A program made the position numbers and the translations under genes. A stretch of 64,000 bases of DNA from Bugula neritina (taxonomy: Eukaryota > Animalia > Bryozoa): positions 9,228,722 to 9,292,721 of the forward strand of contig OZ037766.1 in assembly GCA_964035545.1 (NCBI GenBank). Direction: 5' to 3'. Under the pieces are notes generated by a model, which ran no database searches, was not told the origin of the DNA, and was given only the letters and a program-made list of their open reading frames with translations. Numbering within the stretch: the stretch's first letter is position 1; every line of letters starts with the position of its first letter. Positions 41,639 to 53,600 of this stretch are shown here, one piece after another.

Positions 41639-44600
41639 ATGTCTTCAGAAGAACTTCTTACTGAAAATGTGCAGGATTTGCCGAGCACTAATCCTCAGCA
41701 AGTTGGAGATATTTTAATAAAGGTAATGATTTAATCAGTTCATATAATAAATTCAGGCTAGCATTTACTCCTCAACTATGCATCATTTATAATCAATACT
41801 GATGTGTATTCCTGTTATTATATTTAATTAACATGGGAAAGTTTAGTGCATTTTTGTATTTGTATAACCAAAAGCTTTGTGTTTGAAGAAACTTGAATAA
41901 GAAATCTTGACATAAAGCTATGGGAGATAATTTATTTCTGTCATTGATTATGAGTACACGGTACCTTTGTATACTGTCTCTGCAGGTTCATGAGGATCTG
42001 TTGCATATCAAGGAACAGCTGGTGAACAGTGGTCAGACTGATATTTCCATCATTCAAAATGCTATTGAAAAAACAGAATCCAACATCAAAGTAATTTTTG
42101 CTGAATTATTTCTATTTAACACAATGAAATTTTAAGTTTGTAGCAATTTATGTAGATTATGGAAGTATATTTTCAACAGTTGCATTTAATTCGCGGTATG
42201 GGCATTCAATGCTTTAAAGCTTTACTACTTGCTACAATAGTAAAGTTCCATTTTAGTTAATAATCACAATACGTTAGTTGACTGCAAATAATCTGATCCC
42301 TATTTTACTTTGATATTTATCTGATTACTATTTCAACTATCTATATTAGTAACCTATAGCTTAACAAAATATAGTTAGCTAGACAAGTTTAATTATTCAA
42401 ATATATGTAAAAGTCGACTTGAATATTTTAGCACCACTTCAGTAGTGTCTAAAATATTCAAAAGTGTAGCGTTGTTAATATTTTATACTTCATCAAGTAT
42501 TTAACCACTATTTCTATATGATGAAAGCTTTAATAATTTACAGCCAGTTAGCTAAACACGTATAGGGCTGTTAATGGTATTCTAAAACTAGCATATAAGC
42601 TAACCAAAGAAATACTAATGCTAAGATTGAATTAGGCCCATTTTTTGATTTCTAATTTCAGCATTTTAAACAATAACTGTTACTCTTGTGGTTAAAATTA
42701 TTTGAATTTTTTAGCAACAGACTGCTAACGTGTTGAATGTTATCAACAATCAAGTAAAGTCCTTGCCATCACTGAGTGAGCAAGCATCATCCCAGTTGAG
42801 AGCGGCTGCGGAACCAACATGGGAAGCTCAAATAACCCAAGGTGTTCTATCCGATGGAAAATATCCAGCAGTTCCTCGACTTAAAAACAGGTTAGAAAAA
42901 CCATATAACATACTTCTCTCTTAATGAAACTCGCTTTCAACACACAAAAAAGGAAAAAATTATAATATTTATATGATTTTAATATCTCAACCAGTCAAAG
43001 CGTATTTCATATTAAAAATTTAAGTATTCTCAGTTAAATTAAATATTGTTTGTAATGTCAGAATGAGGGAATGCATCTTATGATGAGCGGATTATTAAAC
43101 AAGAAGCAGGAGGAATTAGCAGGCAGCAAGGTGTGATTGCTCTGCTAACCAGCAATGGCTAACTTATTGATGAGTAATTGCTAACGCAACAAATTGATCA
43201 CTAAAACATAATTTCCATGTAATTTTTTCAAAACATTATATTGAAGTGTGTACAAAGTGTTTCTAGCAAACAATAATGATAAGTTTATTCAGTGATGTTT
43301 ACAATTATATTGACTAATAACAGTTTTGAGGATTACTCTACTATTAAAAAGCGAAAATATAAACTTTTTTTTATAGTTAAATGTTTTTAAGCTATTTATA
43401 GTCACAGTTGTTGCAAAACACCTCGAAGTGTGCAAAGCCGCTGCATGAAAAATGTAATTCTGTAGACAAAGCAAGTTGCCTTCGAACAGAAACCAGTACA
43501 GCTTCACCCCAGCTGAGAAACACAGGCTAAATATGGCACAGAAATCAATATTTAATCCTCAAAACATGTTGACTCGTCAAACTATGAATGAAAATTATGG
43601 GTTGCAGTTGCCTTTTATTACTGATCCTTCGCATCGCAAGGTAGGTTGATTTTTCAAAAATGAATGCTTATTTTCTACTTTACAAAATTAGCTAAATATA
43701 AAATCTGAATGCACAAATGTAAATTTTTATGATTTCTCATCATTACGTGATCAGCAACTGCAATTTAAAAATAGCATTTTAAAATCTACCTGCTCAAGGT
43801 GGTTAAAAATTCACTTTACATTCAGAATAGCCATGATGCTGTTGTGACAGCAAATTTATACTCACTTTACACATGTTGCCCCCCCCCCCCCCTAATGTCA
43901 TTACTCTGGCCCTCAAGCTAAATAATAGCTTTGCTGCCTAAAATTAAGTTATTGTCAGCATTCTTTTCACTAGTAATGGGGGTAGAGAACTGCACCTTCC
44001 AAAACATGCTTCACTGTTTATTGGTTTAAGGAATCTCTTCAACAAGCCTAATGAGTTTTAGTTTGTTTACAAGTTCCATAATCCCTATATAGATGGAAGA
44101 GTTGATTGATTTTGCTCAGCACAGCTAAAACAGCTGCTAATTTAAGTACTTTGTTCGTACAAACTTAGTATAATGTATGCATTTCTTCTATTCCCATAAA
44201 CAACAAGTGTGCTCTTCCATGTCTTCATCAGTTATTTTACTATATTACTTTTTTATTAAACCTACTTACCATTTATTTATTTAAATTAAAATAAAGCAAT
44301 TTTTTCTCACTTATTCTCACCTATCTCCGCTTTGTCTAGCTCGGGTAGCGGAAAAAAGCAATATTTTTATTTTATGCAATAAGTCATTTTATGTGTGCAT
44401 ATTGCTTTAAAATAAAGCAATATGCATACATAAAAAATTTAGGCTCAATATAAAATATTGTTTACAGGTATACTAAGATTGAAAAATTGTAATAATCTTT
44501 GTTCATATTATCTTTTGGAAGAACAATTGCTATATTGTATTTTAATAACATTTTTTGTCAGAAACCTGTTCAGCAGAGACTAATCCTAGGCTCAAATGTT

Positions 44601-47600
44601 GAACCATTGGCAGCACTACCCGCTGCCAACAGGAAAGACCCTCAGTTGGCTCCGCCCACAATAACTGAAGGTGAAGCACGGCATGGAATACTGAGTCTTC
44701 TAGAGCGTGGCTTGATTCCACCTGGTGCGGAGTTGTCATTCCAGCCGTCTCCCGTGAAACATAAGTTGGCTCAGATATATTCCGCTGAAGAGAAGAAACA
44801 GGAAACACTAGTCATTGCTGGTTTGTTGCTAATTAATGAAATTTGTAGCTAATATGTTGAGTTTCAAAATTCTGTATAATATGTGCATAGTTTATGGTTA
44901 TGTTGATAATCAAACTATTTGGTCTATGTGGCATAAATTTATTGTAGTATGTACAATACTTGGACATGTATGTACTATGTATATTATAATGTATGTGTAC
45001 ATTTTATTTATCATACATATGATAGTTATGATAAAGGTACATGTATGTGTGCACACTAGCATATAGGCAATCAACGTGCACCGTTCAACACCACAAATGC
45101 TGTGTGTAATGATTTATGCTATTTAAGTGTTCAGTGACTATTAGCAGGTAGAAAAAACTTTGCTAAAGTTAAACTTACACCTTGTTGATCACCTAGCTGC
45201 TACTAGATACAGGTGTTTGTTAGTTAGCCCCTCTAAGTATCATATCTAGTGACACCCTTCCTTCATGAGCAGCGAGTCATGTGACTGCGCAGGCGTCATG
45301 TGATTGCGCAGTCGTATGCATACATAGATCACATGTTCACAGCATTCGTATGAATATTGACAAATCTTGTAGACGGCACGACATATAACTTAGCTGGTGT
45401 GAAGCTAGATGGCAGTGTGAAGACTAACACACATTCTATTCAGGGCAGCTCAATGCTGGAGTCGGATAAGAACCGCCCCCTTGTCACACCCGTATCTCTC
45501 ACTAAGGATATACAGGCTAAACAGAAGAGCATTCATATGCCCAAGACTAGCGTACCACAAAAAACTCTCGAACTTCAACTTCAACCAGGGGTATGTTTTC
45601 TATTTTATGTGAAATTCTTTTTAAGAATTCTTTTAGGAATCTATTTTTTTAAACTACATATATGCATATAGGCACACTCTTATTCATGTAATATAGTAAT
45701 TACATTACTATAATTATTCACAGTCGAAAAAAACAACGCTGTGTGCTTTTAAACAAATTTGTTTTTTTTTAGGAATAATATCTGTAAGAGTAAAAATTCA
45801 CAAGATTATAAATTTGAAATAGTCTTTTCAACATAAATTTTATATTGTTCACCCCACTACTTTCCCTATATAAGCGATGCCCAAAAAATAAATGCCAAAC
45901 AATTGGTCATGAAATTTACTCGTTATAACTTATAGCAGGTGGAATATACAGAAAGTGATGCACCATTGCTGCCTGCTATTAATAATGCAGCAGGTTTACT
46001 AATGCTTCAGTTCTTTAACAAGGTATCAGACTATACGTTGGTCACTTTATAGTCATCAATAGAATCTCTCTGCACTAAAGCACTATGGAGCACTTTGCAC
46101 TGCAGAAAACTTGGTTGATTTCTTTTATTCTTTAGTATTTTATGATTTGTGTTTTTATGTGGCAAACTATGCACGCTGTTATATATGATGATCATATGGC
46201 AGTTCTAACCTGCATGAATATAGAGACAATCTCAGTCTAATCTCCAGACCCTTCAAACAACCTTGCTGTTCACCTTTGCTCAATGCTTGTTACTGAGCCT
46301 TTACTTGTACTTGTGTGCATACAAGCTATATATGGACTGCATGAACTCTTTAACATGGATGTATTAATATCACTTCTGACTGTTTTTATTGCAAAATAGA
46401 TTCTACAAATGTAAATACTCTTTCATCTTGTTTTGAAATCACAATCTAAATAGTCATTACGTTATTGTCAATCTCATGATCTTTCAGTTACCAATAAATG
46501 CAGACATTTGAATACAGACTTACAAAATTCACAAGTGGTCAATATAGTGTAGTAAACTGTGGGTTCTGAATGCAACTAGTGCCTACATGCTCTAGAAAGA
46601 ATAAGCCAAGTATTTGAGTACAAATGAGGATAACCTTTATTGTATCAGATACAGCTCATGTGGTCCTACTACCAGCGAGCTCCAGTAGTAGTCTGAAGCT
46701 ACACTGGAAACTCGCCTGCTTTTATACACAAGAATTCACATCTAGAATGTTCCAACAGACAAAAGAAAGTTAAGCTTGACAGTAACAAAAGAAAAATAGA
46801 CAAAGGAGAATGAATAATTCAATAGGCCAAGAATTTAGCTATAATAACAACCTATTGAAGGCATTCATAAAAGCTACACAAATTTCCAGTATCAGTATTA
46901 ATGCAAAACGATGAAATAGCAAAAGGGAAAATAACTCTGGAAATGCGTATTTAATGAAAATTACATTATACTGAAAGCTTAATCACAATAATAAGGCATT
47001 AGAAAGCTAGTGCAACTTAGCTACAATTACAGCATTCAAAATATACGCAACAGTAATTATAATACTGACACACGCAGTTACTTGAGAACAGTAGAGGATG
47101 AGAATCTATCACATTCTCCCCCCATCGAAAAGCATCCCTTTTCGATAACAAAACAATGATTCCACACAAAAAAAATGAAACACAAACGTAGAAAAATATG
47201 CGGTTAACAGGAAGGTATTATGATTAATCACACGTAACACGAGAACATTTACAGCTCAGTTGGCTATTGCCAGCGGCCCCTGGTTGTCCGGTTTTATCAT
47301 TAGAGGTGGTGCACCAGGCTTTCTATCTCTTCTGTACTTGGATCGAGGATATGGGACCAGGCCTCGATTGCGCTATCCAGGACGCACTCTCGGTAAGGAA
47401 GTGCCATACTCTGCCCGTGACGGGGCAATTGTGGGTGGGTTGGCTGAGTCTGTTCTTCTATCTGGTTGCCTGGTGCTCCAGATATCCAATACTGGCGGGC
47501 GACCAGGGCCCGAGGCATTGCCAGTATTGGAGAGTCCTCTTCGTCTCTGCCTGCGAGGTGGTCGCCGTATAGAGTGCCCTGCTCCTCCCCAGCTATGAGC

Positions 47601-50600
47601 TGGAGCTCAACCGGTTCGGGGTCAGGGCCACTAACGCTGGCGGAACACACCTCGGAAGAGGGGGTGTCGTACTGCTGGCTGCGGGGAGCCGAAACAGGAG
47701 CTGGTGGGGGAGGGGAGTCGGATCGACTGGCCTCCTCGGTATCCTTACGCTCCTCTGTTTGGGTATCTGGCGAGGTAACTCCCATAGCTGATGCTAGTGT
47801 CTGAATAACAGTGTTTAAATTATACTTAGGGGTATCAGGATTAGAATTCAACTTGAGCTGTAACTCACGTGCTAGCTGTGTGAAATCTTCTTCTTGGTGG
47901 AATTCTCCAGGGTGATGGAGGGAATTTCCAGTCAAGATGGGGTGGTCGTCCGTACTGGGTGGGTTGTCTTCATGAGGGGGCCACTCCAGGTGCCCTACAG
48001 CATAGTCTGCCAGATACCTGGGGGGTCTTCTTGACCGCTGGCTCCTCTCAATTGGAACAGGCACCTGTGGTGTTGGTGGCTCCTGGGCTACCCTAGTAGG
48101 GGGGTCCCCGCCTTCACCCAACACGGGGGTGGGGGTGTCCTCCCCCAGGGAGGGTGGTGGTCCTAGGGCTTCCCGCTGTTCCTGTTCCCGCTCTTCTCTC
48201 TGCTGTCGCTCCAGCTGCTCTATCAAGGCGGCCTGCTCCTGGTCCGACTCTCTGGGAACCACAATTTCCACCTCTCGGGGCTGGGTGGCCCGTCCTCGAC
48301 GGTTGGGCTGGCGGTGGGGCTCCAGGAGGGGTGGAGCCTCACCCACTGCGTCTGGGCTGGCATGGTAAGGCTTCAGGCGCTGCTCGCTCTGGACCGAGAC
48401 CTGTCCAGAGCGCTCCACACGGTATGTGTGGTTGGGCAGCACCTCCACTACACAGTAGGGACCGACGAACTTGGGCTGAAGTTTAGCCGACTGTCCGCGT
48501 CGCCTACGGTAGCTCACCATCCAGACCCAGTCTCCCACTTGGTACAACGGGGGCTCTTCCGAGTCCTCTGTGCGGGTCTGCCACTGCTGGGTACGCAGTG
48601 CATCATGAGCTTTGCCCATGATGTCTATCAGACCCTCCACATATTCGTGTACCGGTGACTCGGGGGCAGGAACATGGTATGTCAGGTGTTCCGGAACCCG
48701 CGTCTCTCGGCCTAGCATCAGGAAGTTTGGGGTCTCCTGCGTGGCGGAGTGTGGTGTGCTGCGGTAAGCCCGCATGATTTGCGGCAGCACCACGTCCCAT
48801 TCTTCCTGACCTCGACCAAGGAGCAGGCTCCTGAGGGCGTCACCCAACATCCTGTTGTTCCGCTCGACGACTCCGTTCCCTTGCGGGTGATATGGGGTGG
48901 TCCGACTCTGGTTCACCCCCCATATCCGGCAGAGGTCTCCCATGAGCTGGGACTGGAACTGGGCACCCTGGTCCGTATGTATCTGCTCGGGTAAACCGAG
49001 GTAACAGAACACATGTTGGTCCAGGGTCCGGGCCACCGTGGGGGCTGTTGCGTCTGGAATAGCCAGAGCATCTGCCCACCGGGTAAAGTGGTCCGTGAGC
49101 ACCAGTATCCAGGTGTTCCCTCTGGCGGATAACGGCATAGGCCCGACGAGGTCTACCGCCACTACTTGCCACGGTCGACCAGCGTATAGCCGGCGTCGAC
49201 CAGTGGTTTCCGTGGGGCGGCCATGCTTGCTAGCTTGGCAGACCTCGCATTGCCGTACCCGCAGTCGTACGTCCCGAGTCATTCCGGGCCAATACCAACG
49301 CAGCCGCAGACACCTGATGACCCGACTGACTCCAGAATGAGCCTGCTTATGGGTGTCCCAGATCAGTTCCCGTCGGAGGGCGCGTGGACAGACGACGCGG
49401 TCCCTCTCTTGCTGACGGTTGTCTGCTGCTAACGTTATCATCAGGAGGCCATCAGGACTGACCTTGAGGGCATCCCAGCGACGACAGAGGAGTTGGAACT
49501 CAACGTCTCCCTGCCGCTGCTGTTCCTCGCTAGGTCGTCGGCCCTCCTTCTTGGCCCGGAAAATGTCCGCTACCGCGCCGGGTAGCGTCTCCTGGAGTCG
49601 GCACAGCTCCTTGACATTCTGGTACAGAGTGGGGTTGGCGTGGAGCGCCTGGACGTCGTCTGAGTGGGTTTCGGTCCGAAGATGGCCGTGCTCCCACCGA
49701 TAGACGGCGCCCTCCCCTAACTCTGTTTCCACGTCAAGGCGAGCGGGTCCCCCGTCCCGCTTCTCAATGTGCAGGCACTGCTTACAGTCTCCTACCGGCC
49801 GGCGGCTCATGCCGTCAGCGTTCCCGTGCTTCCGGCCAGCACGGTGTTCTATCCGGTAAGAGAACTCGGCAAGAATCTCTAGCCAACGAGCCACCTGGCT
49901 CGAGGGCTCTGCACGTTTACACAGCCATATCAGTGATGCATGGTCTGTTCGCAAACGGAACGTTCTCCCATACAGATATGGCCGAAAGTGCTTGACCGCC
50001 TTGACTACTGCTAGGAGTTCCTTCCTAGTGGTGCAGTAGTTCTTCTCGGCGGCCGCGAGAGTCTTGCTGTAGTAAGCTACGACCACCTCACTTCCACCCT
50101 GAACTTGAGACAGGACAGCTCCCACGCTGTGGTCGCTGGCGTCAGTGTCCAGGATGTACTCTTGGGCTGGGTCAGGATACGCCAGAATTGGCGCCTCCAT
50201 TAGCCGCTGCTTGAGGTGGTCAAATGCCTGCTGCTCCTCCTGTGTCCACTGCCACCGGACCCCCTTTGCAGTCAGCCGATTTAACGGCTGAGCCACTCCT
50301 GCGAAGCCAGGTATGTACTGCCGGTAGTACCCTACTAGGCCCAGGAACGCGCGCAACTCAGGGAGGTCACGGGGGACAGTCCACTCCTTCACAGCCTGTA
50401 CCTTCTCCGGGTCGGTAGCGACCCCGTCACGGCCAACCACATGGCCAAGGTACGTGACTTCCGGCTGCAGGAGTGCACACTTGGAGGGCTTTAGCTTCAG
50501 TCCAGCTGCCCGGAGACGGTCAAAGACCTCCCGCAGACGACTGACATGGGTCGAGAAGTCTGGGGAGATGACAATGACGTCGTCCAGATAGATGAGGAGG

Positions 50601-53600
50601 GTCTTCCAGTGTAACCCACTGAGGACCTGCTCCATGAGCCGTTGGAAAGTTGCCGGGGCGGACGTTAATCCAAATGGCAGTACTTTCCACTTCCAGAGCC
50701 CGTCGCGGGTGATGAATGCTGCTTTATCCTGGGCATCAGGACTGAGGGGTACTTGCCAGTACCCGCTAAGCAGATCCAAAGTACTGAAGTACTTGCTACC
50801 CGCGAGGGCATCTAGAGACTCATCTATCCGTGGGAGAGGGTAGGCGTCCTGGATGGTAACACTGTTGAGTCTGCGGTAGTCCACGCAGAATCTCCAGCTA
50901 CCATCCTTCTTCTTGACCAGGACTACTGGAGAGCTCCACGCATCGTGGGCAGGCTCAATCAGATCCCGGTCGAGAAGATCCTGTACCTGTCGGCTCACCT
51001 CCTTCTCCTTCTCCGGGCCTAGACGCCGGGTAGGCTGCCTGATGGGAGTGGTGCCGGCTGCCAGGGGTATCTCGTGGGAGATGACCTTGGTCAGCCCCAT
51101 GTCTCCATCGCCACGACTGAAGACATCACTGTACTCCGCAAGTAGTTGAGCCAGTACTTGGCGTTCAGTACTACTTGTACAGTTTCCACACGCTCCATCA
51201 TATAGGTCAGCCATATGCTCTGGGACTGCTCCTCGTCTGGTGTGAGGGGGGTTCCCCTGGGTGTCGGCCACTGTCTCCAGTGCCGGACCCACATCCGCTT
51301 CCTGGATGGAGTGGTACTTCCCCACCAGCGCTCCAGCCGATAATCGGACAGGTTCCGTGAAGGGGTTGATGCACTGCACGAGGAGCTCCTGCCGACAATC
51401 TAGCCGATTCAGGCTGTTTGCTAGTCGGATCGCTCCGTGCGTTCCCTCAACCACCCCCAGGCCGGCGATCCCCTTGCAGTTGACTCTGCAGCGAAGAGTC
51501 GCCTGGGATCTCCCCGGAACCGTGCAGTCCCGCACTACCTGGACTCCGCCCACCAAGGGCCTTCCGAACTTGTCGACGCAGACAAGCTCCTTCCCAGCCA
51601 TCACCACCACTGACTTCTGGAAATCCATGTGACACTGGTGTTTCTCCAGAAACGGCATTCCCAGGATGGCGTCCTCCTTCAGCTGGCTGACTATGAACGT
51701 CTCGTGAATTGCTTGATCACGGACGCGTCCAGGTAGTGAAATGACGCCGTAGAAAGGAATGCATGATCCGTCCGCCAACGTACCATGCGCACCTTCATAC
51801 GGCTCGAGGCTCGCCCGCTCTCGTGCACCAAGAGTGTCAAAGAGACGCCTACTCAGCAGGTTGGTAGTGCACCCAGTATCCAGTAGGAATGTGGCAGCTT
51901 TACCCGAAATCTTTCCGGGCAGGAAGTAGCTGCTTCCATACGGCTGGGTGCTCCTGGAGCGGTCAGTCTCTGGGGGAGACACAACTTGGGTCCGCACAGC
52001 GGGCCTCCTCTTCGTCTTAGAGACAACGGGGGTTTTCTGAGGTCGGGAGGGTAGCTTGGGGTACTCTTGCGAGTAAGCTGAAACCTCCTCCACAACCTCC
52101 TCGGGCAACCCCGCGAACCGGTTCTGGAGTGGCCAGGCCGGAGGATCGGGCAGACCTTGCGGTCTCCGAGATCTCCGAGGTGCCTGCCATCCTGCTTCTT
52201 CTAGCTGCATCCGGGTCTCGAGTGACACGGCCGGAGGATCGGGTAGACCTTGCGGTCTCCGAGGTCTCCGTGGCCTCTGCCACTCGGTATCGGCAGACCC
52301 TGTGGAGGTCTCTTCTTCTCCTCTTCGAGTCCTATCCCGGATGGGATTGGCGTGAGGCCCACGGTTGGCGGAAGTTACCGTGAGCCTTGGGTGTTTAAAG
52401 GCCCTTGGCCTCTAGGGCAGTGCCTCCTCACGTGCCCTTGCGCCCCGCACCCCCAACAGGTTAGCAGAGATGGGCGGACAGGGTTGTCCCGTGAACGGGG
52501 AGCCCGCCTATCCGCCTGTTCGTTCTGCAACTTCGTCACCGTAGCCTGCAGGCCTTTCATCATGTCCATTAACATGGTGAGCTGCGTCTGCTCGGGTGAT
52601 TTAGTTGCAGCTGCTGCTACCTGTGGAGTTGGAAGTGGGGTGGTCTCCTCATGCTCCTCGACCACTTGGCGGGCTGTATAGCTCGGTCGCCTAGGCTCTT
52701 CCACCTGGAAGTAAGCCTTCCCCATTTCCAGCGCTTCCTCTATACTGTTGACCTTGGCGGCCAGCCAGTGTCGCTGCAGGTCCGGGTGATTCACGCTCCG
52801 GAAGAACGCGTTATAAACGAGGCGCTTTCGGTCGTCGCCAGTGGCATGACCGAAAGCAGCCTGAGCCAGGCGCTCTACCTCGTTAGCGTGATCTTCCAGA
52901 GGAGTCTTCCGGTCTCTCCTCATTATCTGCAAACGATCAGCTGCTTCTTCGGCTGATAGGCCGAACCGGGCTCTGAGAGCCCGCATGATGTGCTCTTCAT
53001 CAGGCCCAAGAGCAAAGCTCTTGGCCCGGCCTGTCAGACAGGCCCGGAGTTGGAGGATGCGCACCCGTACTGGCCATTCAGCGATGGTGGCCACATCCTG
53101 GAACTCCCTGATAAATTGCTCTACGTCTCCTTCTCCTCCGAAATTCGGGGGCTGGAGGCGATACCTGTCACCAGGTGATGCCTGTCCTTGACCCCGCAAT
53201 CCCTGGAGGGCTGTGACCAGCGCCTCAACCGTGAGGGCTGGTGGTGTTGCTGCCTCAGGGGCTGAGTCCCCTGGGGCCATTGCGCGCCGCTCGGCAACTA
53301 GTTATTCGAAAATCCCACCGCTGCCACCAATGTAGTAAACTGTGGGTTCTGAATGCAACTAGTGCCTACATGCTCTAGAAAGAATAAGCCAAGTATTTGA
53401 GTACAAATGAGGATAACCTTTATTGTATCAGATACAGCTCATGTGGTCCTACTACCAGCGAGCTCCAGTAGTAGTCTGAAGCTACACTGGAAACTCGCCT
53501 GCTTTTATACACAAGAATTCACATCTAGAATGTTCCAACAGACAAAAGAAAGTTAAGCTTGACAGTAACAAAAGAAAAATAGACAAAGGAGAATGAATAA

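Noticed and set aside
42419-42461. 13-bp inverted repeat TTGAATATTTTAG/CTAAAATATTCAA
   Set aside because: Short AT-rich hairpin, too small for a pre-miRNA, and no TSD.
47260-53191. Numerous plus-strand and alternative-frame ORFs within the retrotransposon
   Set aside because: Expected by chance in GC-rich sequence antisense to gag/pol.
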